Shown piece by piece: positions 46,293-56,079 of a stretch of 64,000 nucleotides of DNA. The position numbers and the translations under genes are program-made. Origin of the DNA: a bacterium (GTDB taxonomy: Bacteria > Bacteroidota > Ignavibacteria > Kapaibacteriales > Kapaibacteriaceae). The notes under the pieces are model-generated. The model had not been told where the DNA came from. It ran no database searches and saw only the letters and a program-made list of their open reading frames with translations. Position 1 is the first letter of the stretch. Each line of letters begins with the position of its first letter. Where the stretch lies: positions 21,121 to 85,120 of the forward strand of contig DAITNB010000001.1 of the NCBI GenBank assembly GCA_036834845.1, given 5' to 3'.

Positions 46293-48500
46293 ATGACCTT
46301 TGACCTTCGGCAGTGGCAAAAGCAGGCGTTGGATATATTGATCGAGGTTGCCGGACTAACGCAACGGCCCTCGGCCTTTAACCGAGCGCGCGCCCGCATC
46401 CTCGACATAACCGATCCACAATCCGCAACACTCGAGACCATTGCATCTGCGCTGCGGGAATTGGGTGTGGTTGCCCTCCTCCAAACAGCACCGGACGACG
46501 GAACGCCGCTAGAGTCTACCTCCACCGTGGTAATCCTCAAGGATGAATACCCCGAAAAACGTGTGCTACAAGCCGGCACCGATGCATGGCTGCACATACC
46601 AACGAACAGTAATGGAGAACGTCCGTTCGTTTTGATAATGGGAGACGTGAACTCCTTCCTCACGTCAGACGCGTCTATGCCCGAACATCGGGGTCACGAA
46701 CTACACTCACACGACCATCCGCTGGAAACAGGTTCCGGACACCACGGCCTCGGTGCCACGAAGTTGAAGGACGTGTGGCCGGCGATGAAGCGCATACTTA
46801 GGGCAGAGAAGAAGGACATCTACATTATCATCGTGTACTCCGTTTTGTCCAGCGTACTCGGTCTGGCGGTGCCCCTTAGCTCACAGGCAATTGTGAACGC
46901 CGTGGCTCTCGGAGTGTTTAGCCAGCAGTTGGTGGTGCTGTGTATCGTGGTGTTTATCGCCATGTTTGGTACGGCCGTTATTGCCGTATTCGAGCGATAC
47001 GTAATCGATATGGTGCAGAGACGAGTGTTCGTGAGTAGCGCGTTCGACATCATATACCGGCTGCCCCATTTCACTCACGCCTCTGTGCGCTCTACGTACA
47101 CACCCGAGCTTGTAAACCGGTTCTTCGATGTAATGACGATTCAGAAGTCTATCGGCAAGTTTCTCCTCGAAGGAGTAAACGCCGTTCTTGTATTGCTTGT
47201 AGGATTGTTGGTTTTGGGTATCTATCACCCATTCTTTCTCCTTTACGATATTCTCTTCATCTTCTTCATTCCGATTCTTGTTTTGGTTCTGGGCAAGGGA
47301 GCTATTGCCACTGCCGTAGAAGTATCGAAAAAGAAATACCTCACCGCTTCATGGTTAGAAGATGTGGCGCGCAACCAACTAGGAATCAAACTTGCAGACG
47401 CTACACCGTTTACATTCTCTCGCATTAACGAGATTGCCACCGGCTACGTAGAAGCGAAGCACAAACACTACATAGTGCTTGCCAGACAAATCTTCGGGTC
47501 CTTCTTATTCAAGGGTTTTGCAACAGTCGGAGTTCTTGCGCTGGGTGGAATTCTCGTTCTTGAGCAAGCAATTTCGCTTGGTCAGCTCGTTGCCGCAGAA
47601 ATTATCATCATCCTGATTCTTGGCGCAATGGAGAAGTTGATCAATCAATTCGATTTGTTTTACGACCTCGTGGCGGCTGTAGACAAACTCAGCATGATTG
47701 CCGATCAACCACTCGAAGATGTAGGGGGCGTGGCGGTTCCCCACCGGAAAGGTGGTGGAGAGGTTGCCATCCACAACGTGTCTTTTGCCTACAATCACCA
47801 TGATGTGCTTCATGGGGTTTCATTAACCGTAAAAGCCGGAGAGCGCATCAGCTTAGTGGGAGCAAGCGGCGCCGGTAAGTCCACCTTGGCCGCGCTAATT
47901 CTTGGGCTTGATGCGCCAAGTAGCGGGGCCATCGAGGTAAACGGCGTAGATACAAGAGTTGCCGATGTAAAAACGCTTCGTTCTCGTGTTGGTTATGTGT
48001 TTCCGGAAAGTCAAATATTGGCGGGAACTATACTCGACAATATCACATTGGGGCGCAGAGTAGATACGGCAACACTTAACTGGGCCCTTCAAATTGCGCG
48101 CCTTACGGAGCTTATCCGGGAGCTACCACTTGGAATCCACACAAAAATCTCGTCGAGTGGCGAGAGTATCTCCTATGGGGCGCGCAGGCGAATTCTCTTC
48201 GCACGAGCAATACTCGGAAAGCCAGAGATCCTGATAATTGATGAGGCGTTTGAAGGCATCGAGGATAGTACGAAGCTTGCGATGCTCGATGACGTAATGG
48301 CGCATTCAGATTGGACTGTAATCAACATTACCCACGACCCCGAAGTGGTGCATCGCACAAACATTGTGCACGTGCTCAACGAAGGTCACATCTGCGAAAC
48401 GGGAAGCCCGAGCGAGCTCCGTTCGCGTTCCGGTATGTTCTGCACACTCTTCCCGCACGAAGACACACGCTTCGGAAACGGAGGCACAAATGTCCGATAA
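46293..48500 (+). CDS. ABC exporter (TMD+NBD) with an N-terminal cysteine-free C39-peptidase-like domain; type I secretion / bacteriocin-exporter-like
   Basis: 735 aa. The first ~130 aa have a C39-like layout (..ALDILIEVAG..TLETIASALRELGVVA..STVVILKDEY..) but the first 170 residues contain no Cys at all. A His-rich linker follows (PEHRGHELHSHDHPLETGSGHHG), then a six-helix ABC exporter TMD and an NBD with Walker A GASGAGKST, Walker B ILIIDEA and H-loop ITHD. The signature motif reads ISYGARRR where LSGGQRQR is expected. Confidence 0.8.
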   Translation: MTFDLRQWQKQALDILIEVAGLTQRPSAFNRARARILDITDPQSATLETIASALRELGVVALLQTAPDDGTPLESTSTVVILKDEYPEKRVLQAGTDAWLHIPTNSNGERPFVLIMGDVNSFLTSDASMPEHRGHELHSHDHPLETGSGHHGLGATKLKDVWPAMKRILRAEKKDIYIIIVYSVLSSVLGLAVPLSSQAIVNAVALGVFSQQLVVLCIVVFIAMFGTAVIAVFERYVIDMVQRRVFVSSAFDIIYRLPHFTHASVRSTYTPELVNRFFDVMTIQKSIGKFLLEGVNAVLVLLVGLLVLGIYHPFFLLYDILFIFFIPILVLVLGKGAIATAVEVSKKKYLTASWLEDVARNQLGIKLADATPFTFSRINEIATGYVEAKHKHYIVLARQIFGSFLFKGFATVGVLALGGILVLEQAISLGQLVAAEIIIILILGAMEKLINQFDLFYDLVAAVDKLSMIADQPLEDVGGVAVPHRKGGGEVAIHNVSFAYNHHDVLHGVSLTVKAGERISLVGASGAGKSTLAALILGLDAPSSGAIEVNGVDTRVADVKTLRSRVGYVFPESQILAGTILDNITLGRRVDTATLNWALQIARLTELIRELPLGIHTKISSSGESISYGARRRILFARAILGKPEILIIDEAFEGIEDSTKLAMLDDVMAHSDWTVINITHDPEVVHRTNIVHVLNEGHICETGSPSELRSRSGMFCTLFPHEDTRFGNGGTNVR

Positions 48501-49764
48501 GCGCACACCACGGGTGGACTTTACAGACGTGTTGCCGCTGTACCAGCAGCGGAGTGTTTTTCGGCTTGTGTCTACAAACGGACTCCACAGACGACTAGTG
48601 GTGTTCATTGTGGCCCTAGTAGTGGCTACAGTTTTGTTCTTGGTATTTGTGCCATGGCAACAAACCGTAGTTGGAAGCGGGATTGTAACATCGTTTGCTC
48701 CCGATGCCCGACCCCAAACGGTTGAGAGTCAGATCTCGGGCAGGATTGTGCAATGGTTTGTTCGCGAAGGTGATGTGGTGCAGAAGGGCGACACTATATG
48801 TGTGCTGGCCGACATCAACGTGAACTTCATGGATACGGCATTGTTAAATCGCCTCCAAACACTTCGAGAGCGCACATTCGACGCACAAGAACGCGTTGTA
48901 GGTGTTGCTGTGCAGCGCCGAAAGCAGGCCGAGCAACGGTATCGCGCGTCGCTAGCACGATTTGAACGAAGTCTCATCGACTTAGAAATCGCTCGTACCC
49001 GATTCCGTCGCGCAGACACATTGTTCCGAGATGGTCTTATCTCTACACGAGACTTTGAATCAGCCCAAGCCGCACTTCAGGGTGCCGTTGCAGACTCCGT
49101 TACCTTTTCTACCGGGCTAACGGCAGCGCAGCAGGACATTGTGGCCTTTGTTGCCGAAGAAGAACGGGCCATGAATCAGGCCCTCGTGGCCATGCAGGAA
49201 GTAGATGTTCGCGTTGGGAATGCGCAGGGCAGGGTTGGTGCCGGCGTAGTTCTTGCGCCCATTAAGGGCACCGTTGTGCGCATTGCGAAGGCCGGCTCGG
49301 GCCAAACCGTGAAGGAAGGCGAGGAGCTTGCTCTCATCGTTCCCAAAACGTCCGATCAGGCCGTGGAGATTTACGTTGGCTCTATGGACGCTGCTCTAAT
49401 TGAACCAGGTAGATACGTGTCTCTGCAGTTTGCTGGATTCCCTGCGTTTCAGGTTAGCGGATGGCAAAATGTAAATGTGGGCATCTTTCATGGCAGAGTA
49501 AAAGTTGTTGATGCCGTAGACGATGGCACCGGACGATTCCGCGTCCTCGTTGTTCCAACAGAAGATTCCTACTACAAAGCATGGCCAAGCGACCGGTATC
49601 TGCGTCAGGGAACCGATGTATCCGGTTGGGTGCTTCTTGATGAAGTACCTATTGGTTACGAGCTTTGGCGAAGACTCATGGGCTTCCCGCCACAGTTCCC
49701 CGTAACCACCAAGGAGTCTTCCAAAGAATCGTCGAAGTCTGCCTCGAAGGACGCCAAGAAATGA
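48490..49764 (+). CDS. HlyD-family membrane fusion / periplasmic adaptor protein
   Basis: Start at MSDKRTP (48490, 11-nt overlap with the ABC gene). It has an N-terminal TM (LVVFIVALVVATVLFLVFV), a lipoyl-like hairpin (..ISGRIVQWFVREGDVVQKGDTICVL..), a long coiled-coil region and a C-terminal beta-barrel. The tail is Ser/Lys-rich. Confidence 0.85.
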   Translation: MSDKRTPRVDFTDVLPLYQQRSVFRLVSTNGLHRRLVVFIVALVVATVLFLVFVPWQQTVVGSGIVTSFAPDARPQTVESQISGRIVQWFVREGDVVQKGDTICVLADINVNFMDTALLNRLQTLRERTFDAQERVVGVAVQRRKQAEQRYRASLARFERSLIDLEIARTRFRRADTLFRDGLISTRDFESAQAALQGAVADSVTFSTGLTAAQQDIVAFVAEEERAMNQALVAMQEVDVRVGNAQGRVGAGVVLAPIKGTVVRIAKAGSGQTVKEGEELALIVPKTSDQAVEIYVGSMDAALIEPGRYVSLQFAGFPAFQVSGWQNVNVGIFHGRVKVVDAVDDGTGRFRVLVVPTEDSYYKAWPSDRYLRQGTDVSGWVLLDEVPIGYELWRRLMGFPPQFPVTTKESSKESSKSASKDAKK

Positions 49765-51140
49765 CGCACACTCTTCTTGTGCAGTTCCTTGCCCTGCTCG
49801 TTGTGTTCGTTTCCACTCTGCCTCCCACAACGGCACAGGTGTTAACGCTCGATGGGTTTCTTCTTCAGGTAGAGCGCACACACCCTTCACTTCGTTCTGC
49901 CGATTTCGAACCCGAACTCGCAGAAGCAGAGGTACGCAGTGCTCTCGGTAGGTTCGACCCCGTTCTCGATGTAACCTACGACTATAAAGACAAGGCAGGC
50001 TCGGATAAACTCAACCTGTTCGAAAGCAGCGTAGAGCTGCCACTCGATGTGTTGTTTGGTCCAAAAGTAAAAGCATCCTACAGTCGCGGTATTGGCTTTC
50101 AGATCGACCCCCAAAACCTAACCTCGCTGCCAGGTCAGGCCAGCATTGGTGTTTCGCTTCCGGTGCTGCAAGGCATTTTTACCGATGCCCGCCGAAACCA
50201 GTTACGGAAAGCACTGCTTCGACCCGACTTGGCCCTTGCGCAGTATCAGTTGGAGCGCAACAACCTTCTGCGCGCCGCCGCATTACGCTATTGGGATTGG
50301 AGTGAGGCCCAACAACTCGTGGCTGTGGCAGACAGTATCCTCGCACTCGCAGACCAGCGTCTGCAGTTCGTTGTTCGCAGAGCTCGCGCCGGCGAATCGG
50401 CCAGAATAGACAGCGTAGAAATTGCGCAAGAGGTGCAGCGGAGAATTGGCGAACGCTATCGGGCGCTGCGAATCTCCGAGCAGTCTGCCGTAGACCTTGG
50501 CGTGTTTCTTTGGAATCCCGACGGAACTCCTCGCCCCCTATCCGAGGTGCCCGAATTGCTTCCACTGAAGGCAGACACATCAGTTCGATCGCTTGACGCG
50601 GCAAACCTTGCGCGCCTGCGCAGACCAGAGGTGCGCCGGATAGACGTTATTCGACAAACATCGCGGCTCGACTCTTCATTGGCCTCCGAGCTTCTGCGTC
50701 CCTATGTTGAACTGCAGGCCGGCTTAGTTAGCTATGACGTAACGGCACCCTCTAAACTCGACTACAGCGTTGGTTTCAAAGTGCATCAACCTCTGTTGTT
50801 TCGTCAGGCAAATGCCTCCGTGCAAACTGCAGACATTGCGGTAAAGCGCGCCGACCTATCAGCAACCCTCGTTGAACGCCTTGTAGAAGCTGATGCCATA
50901 AACGCCGTTATTGCGCTCGACAGATCACGCGAGCGACTCGTTGCCGCCGACGAAGAGGTGCGTCTAGCGCGGATAATGGTAGATGCAGAACAGCGCCGTT
51001 TTCTCTCCGGCGATGCCTCGCTTTTGCAAGTAAACCTGCGCGAACGATTCTACGCCGAGGCCCTACTTCGCCAGGTGTCTGCACGCGCAGACTGGGCCCG
51101 AGCACTAATTGGTCTGAGATGGGCCACGGGAACCCTTTGA
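49761..51140 (+). CDS. TolC-family outer-membrane efflux protein
   Basis: Start at MTHTLLVQFLALLVVFVSTLPPTTAQ (signal peptide, ATGA overlap with the HlyD stop). Two repeated alpha-helical/beta-strand halves are typical of OEP/TolC proteins. Confidence 0.8.
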   Translation: MTHTLLVQFLALLVVFVSTLPPTTAQVLTLDGFLLQVERTHPSLRSADFEPELAEAEVRSALGRFDPVLDVTYDYKDKAGSDKLNLFESSVELPLDVLFGPKVKASYSRGIGFQIDPQNLTSLPGQASIGVSLPVLQGIFTDARRNQLRKALLRPDLALAQYQLERNNLLRAAALRYWDWSEAQQLVAVADSILALADQRLQFVVRRARAGESARIDSVEIAQEVQRRIGERYRALRISEQSAVDLGVFLWNPDGTPRPLSEVPELLPLKADTSVRSLDAANLARLRRPEVRRIDVIRQTSRLDSSLASELLRPYVELQAGLVSYDVTAPSKLDYSVGFKVHQPLLFRQANASVQTADIAVKRADLSATLVERLVEADAINAVIALDRSRERLVAADEEVRLARIMVDAEQRRFLSGDASLLQVNLRERFYAEALLRQVSARADWARALIGLRWATGTL

Positions 51141-51146
51141 TTCCCG

Positions 51147-51154
51147 TATCTTTG
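51147..51154 (+). promoter_or_regulatory. -7 box TATCTTTG (context CGTATCTTTG) upstream of etfB
   Basis: Perfect TAnnTTTG, 34 nt upstream of the ATG at 51189. Confidence 0.4.
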
Positions 51155-51188
51155 TGATCTTATTCCGTCAATTCAACAAGAGACAAGC

Positions 51189-51935
51189 ATGAAGATCCTC
51201 GTCTGCATCAGCCAGGTGCCGGACACTACAACGCGAGTTGCAGTAGGTACCGACGGGCGCAGCATTAACCCCGCCGGGGTGAAGTTTATTCTGAATCCAT
51301 ACGATGAATTTGCCATCGAAGAAGGCTTGCGCCTGCGTGAAAAACATGGTGGAACTGTTACCACCGTTACCGTTGGCCCAGACACGTCGAAAGAAGTTCT
51401 CCGCACCGCATTGGCAATGGGATCGGACACGGCTGTTCTCGTAAAGGACGATGCCCGTGCCGACAGCTTTGTAGTTGCCTCCGCAATCGCAGAGCTTGCC
51501 CGCGACGTCCAGCCAGACGTGGTGCTGTTTGGCAGACAGTCTATCGACTTCGATTCTTTTGTTCTTCCCTCCTTTGTGGCCGAGCTTCTTGGATGGCCAA
51601 ATGTGTCTATGGTTTCGGCACTGGAGATTGAAGGAACCGATGTTCGTGCCGAACGCGACATTGAAGGGGGCAAGGAACGAGTTTCTTCCTCGCTTCCGTG
51701 TGTGATTAGTGCACAAAAGGGATTGAACGACCCACGATATCCCAAGCTGCCAGACATTATGAAGGCCAAGTCGAAGCCTATAGAGGAACGCGCCGCCTCC
51801 GCCGCACAGCAGCGTGTAGAAACGCTTTCGATGACGCTTCCGGAAACGAAGCGCCTAAACCGCATCGTCGGTGATGCTGATACAGACATCGCCCAAATCG
51901 TACAACTCCTCCACGAAGAAGCAAAGGTGATTTAA
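51189..51935 (+). CDS. etfB: Electron transfer flavoprotein beta subunit
   Basis: MKILVCISQVPDTTTRV.. N-terminus and the overall EtfB pattern (..NPYDEFAIEEGLRL..). It is followed 1 nt later by etfA. Confidence 0.92.
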   Translation: MKILVCISQVPDTTTRVAVGTDGRSINPAGVKFILNPYDEFAIEEGLRLREKHGGTVTTVTVGPDTSKEVLRTALAMGSDTAVLVKDDARADSFVVASAIAELARDVQPDVVLFGRQSIDFDSFVLPSFVAELLGWPNVSMVSALEIEGTDVRAERDIEGGKERVSSSLPCVISAQKGLNDPRYPKLPDIMKAKSKPIEERAASAAQQRVETLSMTLPETKRLNRIVGDADTDIAQIVQLLHEEAKVI

Positions 51936-51936
51936 G

Positions 51937-52905
51937 ATGAGCATTCTTGTTTTTTGCGAGCCGGCCAATCAGGGATTTAAGCGTTCCACCTACGAGGCCA
52001 TTACGGCGGCAACATCTATCGCCAATGGTGCACCAGTTGTAGGTATCTGTTTCAACGCTTCAGACGAGCAAATTCAGTCCGCCGCTGCCTACGGTCTTCA
52101 ATCGTGCTACAATATTCAGGATGCAAGCTGGAACGAGTTCCGCAATGCCTCCGTTGCCTCGGCTATTGCTCAAGCGGCCACCGCAGCTGGTGCGCAAACT
52201 GTTCTCTTTGCTGGTAACGCCACAGGCAAGGACGTTGCACCACGCGTTGCTATTCGGCTGCAGGGCGGATTGCTCGCAGATTGTGTGGAGTTGCACGGTT
52301 CGCCGAATTCTCTCGAAGCCATCCGTCCGGTGTACGCCGGTAAGGCACTCATCCGCGTCAAGGCATCAACACCGGTAACGGTTGCCACATTACGTCCTAA
52401 CGTTTTTACACCGAAGGCCACTGCCAGCGGATCGGTTACCGTTCAGGCGTTTTCGCCCACGGTTGATTCCGCCGTTCGAAGCTCCGTAGTAACCGGCTTG
52501 CTGAAGAACGAAGGAACTCTGGACGTTGCCGAGGCAGACATCATTGTCTCCGGTGGTAGGGGGCTTAAGGGTCCCGAGAACTTCCATCTCATCGAGTCGC
52601 TCGCCCGTTCATTAGGAGCAGCCGTTGGCGCCTCTCGCGCAGTTGTAGATGCCGGTTGGAGACCTCACCGCGAGCAAGTAGGCCAAACCGGCAAAACGGT
52701 AAGTCCAACCATGTACGTTGCCTGCGGCATCAGCGGTGCCGTTCAGCATCTTGCCGGCATGTCTTCGAGCAAGATTATTGTTGCCATCAACAAAGACAAA
52801 GACGCGCCAATATTCAAGGTTGCAGACTACGGTATTGTTGGAGACGTGTTTGAAGTATTGCCTCGCCTCACAGAGAAAATTTCAACGGTAACGGGACGTA
52901 GCTAA
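51937..52905 (+). CDS. etfA: Electron transfer flavoprotein alpha subunit
   Basis: C-terminal FAD-binding block ..IIVSGGRGL..GASRAVVDAGW..QVGQTGKTVSPTMYVACGISGAVQHLAGM..IVAINKDKDAPIF.. Confidence 0.93.
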   Translation: MSILVFCEPANQGFKRSTYEAITAATSIANGAPVVGICFNASDEQIQSAAAYGLQSCYNIQDASWNEFRNASVASAIAQAATAAGAQTVLFAGNATGKDVAPRVAIRLQGGLLADCVELHGSPNSLEAIRPVYAGKALIRVKASTPVTVATLRPNVFTPKATASGSVTVQAFSPTVDSAVRSSVVTGLLKNEGTLDVAEADIIVSGGRGLKGPENFHLIESLARSLGAAVGASRAVVDAGWRPHREQVGQTGKTVSPTMYVACGISGAVQHLAGMSSSKIIVAINKDKDAPIFKVADYGIVGDVFEVLPRLTEKISTVTGRS

Positions 52906-52915
52906 CGCCAACGCC

Positions 52916-53545
52916 ATGAACAAGATTCAGGTAGACATACTCGGATTGTCCATCAACCCGAATTCACAGCGTGCCTATGCTCTCCTACTCAAAGAGCTGG
53001 ATGGTCCGCGTAGACTACCGATTGTTATTGGTGAACCCGAAGCACAGGCAATTGCCAACGAACTCGAGGGTGTACGTCCGCAGCGTCCGATGACACACGA
53101 TCTGCTGAAAACCGTGGTGGAAGTTCTGGGTGCAACCGTAAAGGAGATCACCATTACAAGCATTAAGGACGGCACATTCTACGCCACCATCGTGTTTGAA
53201 TATTCGGACCTCGAAGTAGACGCCCGTCCAAGCGACGCAATTGCGCTTGCCGTGCGGTGCGGTGCTCCTATGTACGTGGCAGAGTCCATCATGGACGAGG
53301 TTGCCATGCAAGAAGAAGATTTAACCGATCTGGACGCGGATGCATCACCGGAAACGGCAGAGGAAGACGAAGACAACGAGATTCAACGTCTGCAACAATC
53401 TGTGCAACAGGAAGGCGTAGACCAGCCCCTTACCTTCCGCCAGCAGTTGGAGCAAGAACTCGATCAGGCAATTCGCGTGGAAGACTACGAAGCTGCTGCA
53501 CGCATTCGCGACGAGTTGCAGAGACTGGGAAGCGATCAACAGTAA
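52916..53545 (+). CDS. Bifunctional nuclease (DUF151/BFN) family protein with C-terminal UVR motif
   Basis: ..LPIVIGEPEAQAIANEL..RPMTHDLL..VTITSIKDGTFYA..DARPSDAIALAVR..P(I/M)YV.. is the BFN domain. The C-terminal LEQELDQAIRVEDYEAAARIRDEL is a UvrB/UvrC-type UVR helix. Confidence 0.8.
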   Translation: MNKIQVDILGLSINPNSQRAYALLLKELDGPRRLPIVIGEPEAQAIANELEGVRPQRPMTHDLLKTVVEVLGATVKEITITSIKDGTFYATIVFEYSDLEVDARPSDAIALAVRCGAPMYVAESIMDEVAMQEEDLTDLDADASPETAEEDEDNEIQRLQQSVQQEGVDQPLTFRQQLEQELDQAIRVEDYEAAARIRDELQRLGSDQQ

Positions 53546-53566
53546 CACTTATTTCCGGCGGCTTCG

Positions 53567-53574
53567 TATCTTTG
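53567..53574 (+). promoter_or_regulatory. -7 box TATCTTTG (context CGTATCTTTG) upstream of tRNA-Met
   Basis: Perfect TAnnTTTG, 11 nt upstream of the predicted mature tRNA 5' end. It is embedded in a GGCGGC...GCCGCC inverted repeat. Confidence 0.4.
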
Positions 53575-53585
53575 CCGCCTCGAAT

Positions 53586-53659
53586 GCCGGAGTAGCTCAG
53601 GTGGTTAGAGCAACGGAATCATAATCCGTGTGTCGGGGGTTCAAGTCCCTCCTCCGGTA
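53586..53659 (+). tRNA. tRNA with CAT anticodon (elongator tRNA-Met; tRNA-Ile2 cannot be excluded)
   Basis: Hand-folded cloverleaf. The acceptor stem is GCCGGAG/CTCCGGT (one G-U pair). The D-arm is TAGCTCAGGTGGTTAGAGCA. The anticodon stem ACGGA/TCCGT carries loop ATCATAA. The T-arm is GGGGG-TTCAAGT-CCCTC. The discriminator base is A, and no CCA is encoded. It lacks initiator features (no C1:A72 mismatch, no GGG/CCC anticodon stem). Confidence 0.88.
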
Positions 53660-53686
53660 CTTTACACTGTACGATAACCTAGTTAG

Positions 53687-54217
53687 CTATTCGTGTTTCA
53701 ATAGTTTTAACGCGGCTCTCTCTGCGGGGAGTCGCACAAACCAGAGCATTGCGCCATTTACAACCGTACCTATCAGCGCAGTTACTGGAGCGCCCACCAA
53801 GAGTGGCACGCTGATAAATTCCAGCATAACTGCCACGTAGTTTGGATGGGGCAAAAACGTGTACGGACCTCGCCGCACCAACACTGAACCCGGAACAACG
53901 ATGATCCGCGTGTTCCATGCATCGCCTAGTGAGGAAATAGACCAGTACCGGAGAAACTGTGCTGCAACAAAAACGCTCGCCCAAAGTGTCCACAGGGGTT
54001 GCAATTCCACTGTTGAATGGTTGGAGGACCGCATAATCGATTCGGCATTGAAGGCAATAAACCACGCCGCATGCAGCACAACAACAAACGGGTAGTGTGA
54101 GGCGCCAAACTCTACGCCGCCACGTTCAAAGGCTCGTTTTGCGTTTCTCCGAGCAAGTACAAGTTCGCTCGCGCGTTGGAGCACAAGTACCACCGTTACC
54201 AATTCTAACACAAGCAT
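53687..54217 (-). CDS. ICMT/PEMT-type membrane methyltransferase (BpsB/SrsB-like)
   Basis: 176 aa, multi-TM, with ..VRRGPYTFLPHPNYVAVMLEFISVPLL.., the isoprenylcysteine carboxyl methyltransferase family motif. It lies directly downstream of a type III PKS. Confidence 0.75.
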   Translation of the reverse strand: MLVLELVTVVLVLQRASELVLARRNAKRAFERGGVEFGASHYPFVVVLHAAWFIAFNAESIMRSSNHSTVELQPLWTLWASVFVAAQFLRYWSISSLGDAWNTRIIVVPGSVLVRRGPYTFLPHPNYVAVMLEFISVPLLVGAPVTALIGTVVNGAMLWFVRLPAERAALKLLKHE

Positions 54218-54238
54218 GGGACGAAGATACGGTGCGAA

Positions 54239-55285
54239 CTACGGTTGAAACAGAAGAACCTGTTCTGCAGAAAATCCGGGTCCTAGTGCCGCCATCAAAC
54301 TGTATCCCGACCTTTTGGTTCGTTGCTGGCTCTGGAGCCACCGTTCCAATACGAATAGCACCGAGGCACTGGACATATTGCCAAACTCTTGCAGCACGCT
54401 CCGAGCAATAGAAAATGCCGGCGGCGTTCGGCCTAGCGCCGCAGCATAGGCATCAAGAACCTTCGAACCGCCGGGGTGCGCTATCACATCGGCAATGTTC
54501 TGCAGATCAATCCCCCATTCCGCACAGGCATTGGTTAGGATAGAAGGAATGTTCTCCCGCACAAAGGCAGGAATGTCTCGGGAAAATCTCACCTTTAGTC
54601 CATCATCCGAAACATCCCACCCCATTATGTCTTCGGTGGACGGAAAGAGTGTGCTGTAGCTATTGTGTACAACCGGACCCGTTCCGTTCCACGAAAGAAG
54701 CACGGCTGCTGCCCCATCGCCGAAGATAGAACTCCCAACGATGTTCGACTTCGAGAAATCGTTCTTCTGGAAGGTAGTACTACATACCTCCACGGCAACG
54801 AAGAGAACTGGATGTCCGTTAAGAGCAGCACATACTTCTGCTGCACGAGCAAGCCCACTCACTCCTGCCGCACACCCAAGGCCAAACACGGGTAAACGTT
54901 TACATGTAGACCGCAGATGTAATGTCTGCATCAATGCTGCATCAAGAGAGGGCGTCATAATGCCGGTAGTGCTGGCCACAACAATTGCCTCTACCTGCGC
55001 GCTGCTTCTATCAAGGGCCTTCTGTGCTGCCTCTGTTGCGAGAAGAACCGCTTGTTCTGAATAGACAGAATTTCGATAGGCAAACGAATGATCCTCTGCG
55101 TACCACTCCGGTGGCATCACAAAACGTCGGGTGCGAACGTGTTCATGTTCGAACACTCGCAACACATGCGCTAAAGACAACTCATGTCTGCCGAGTAGTT
55201 GCTCGATAATACTTCGCACCTGATGTTGATGCACAACGTGCGGTGGCACCGCGGTGCCAATACCGGCTATCCGAACGTTGTTCAT
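54239..55285 (-). CDS. Type III polyketide synthase (chalcone-synthase superfamily)
   Basis: Start at [16 protein letters not shown] (55285, ATGA overlap with the upstream stop). The catalytic triad contexts are in the expected order: [13 protein letters not shown] (Cys), [12 protein letters not shown] (His), [14 protein letters not shown] (Asn). Confidence 0.85.
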   Translation of the reverse strand: MNNVRIAGIGTAVPPHVVHQHQVRSIIEQLLGRHELSLAHVLRVFEHEHVRTRRFVMPPEWYAEDHSFAYRNSVYSEQAVLLATEAAQKALDRSSAQVEAIVVASTTGIMTPSLDAALMQTLHLRSTCKRLPVFGLGCAAGVSGLARAAEVCAALNGHPVLFVAVEVCSTTFQKNDFSKSNIVGSSIFGDGAAAVLLSWNGTGPVVHNSYSTLFPSTEDIMGWDVSDDGLKVRFSRDIPAFVRENIPSILTNACAEWGIDLQNIADVIAHPGGSKVLDAYAAALGRTPPAFSIARSVLQEFGNMSSASVLFVLERWLQSQQRTKRSGYSLMAALGPGFSAEQVLLFQP

Positions 55286-56079
55286 AAGGTGGGTTCCGCA
55301 TCGGGCTCGGGGATTGCACACGTATTGCGAAACGCTAACTGAGAGAGTCGCTTACGATGGTCGCTTCGCCAGTCTATTCTTGGCCTCTGTGTGTTTGGTG
55401 GCAGGTATCCCAAGCGATACACAGCCATAAGTTCAAGTTCATCCGGCACCTGAAGAATTTTCTTCAGGTCGTCCCACGCCCCAGGAATCTCCATTGGTGT
55501 AGAGATAAACTGAATTCCCATTCCCAATGTGCCCGTTAACAACCAAATGTGTTCAATGGCCATACCAAGGGATAGTGTGCAGTAGTACCCGGAAAGTTCG
55601 CCGGGACGGTATTCTTCCTTCGTAAGCAAGGCCGCAAGCAAAAGTGGACTGCCCTCTATAAGCTTACGGTTGTCTTCTCCTAACAACCTGGCTACACCTA
55701 GCTTCGATAGCACGTTCATTACGTTGTCTGTAAACACCTGCTTGATAAACGGACGCAATGCGAGGGGCATTTGATCGATGAGGATACCATCTCGACGCTC
55801 TTCCATCTCTTCCTGCGAAAAACGAAAGTACTTGCGGTAGCGCGTAAAGAAGGAGCCCCCTTCAATGAGCTGCGTCATTGTTCTGCCGCCAATCTCGGCA
55901 ATACGCCGGCGGATCTCGGGGTCGTCTATGAGGATAAACCTCCAGGGTTGAGAGTTAAAGTGACTTGGTGCCCGTTCAGCGGCTTCAATCAACATCCGCT
56001 GATGTTCAATGCTTACCGGACGATTTTCGAAGTGTCCATTTGTTGTCTTCCGCGTTCTGATAGCATCACGCAGGTTCAT
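55282..56079 (-). CDS. Nitroreductase-fold flavoprotein
   Basis: ..[48 protein letters not shown].. is the nitroreductase-family N-terminal pattern. ATGA overlaps occur at both ends (56076-56079 and 55282-55285). Confidence 0.7.
   Translation of the reverse strand: MNLRDAIRTRKTTNGHFENRPVSIEHQRMLIEAAERAPSHFNSQPWRFILIDDPEIRRRIAEIGGRTMTQLIEGGSFFTRYRKYFRFSQEEMEERRDGILIDQMPLALRPFIKQVFTDNVMNVLSKLGVARLLGEDNRKLIEGSPLLLAALLTKEEYRPGELSGYYCTLSLGMAIEHIWLLTGTLGMGIQFISTPMEIPGAWDDLKKILQVPDELELMAVYRLGYLPPNTQRPRIDWRSDHRKRLSQLAFRNTCAIPEPDAEPTL

Noticed and set aside
51173-51889. A 238-aa minus-strand ORF, and the overlapping 182-aa ORF, covering almost all of etfB
   Set aside because: The plus-strand frame is an unmistakable EtfB followed by EtfA. 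The antisense frames are Ser/Arg-rich with no recognisable motifs, which is typical of open antisense frames in moderately GC-rich coding DNA.
53551-53580. The GGCGGC...GCCGCC inverted repeat after the bifunctional nuclease gene as a terminator
   Set aside because: It has an 11-nt loop and no downstream T-tract. The loop itself contains the CGTATCTTTG promoter box for the tRNA, which explains the region better.
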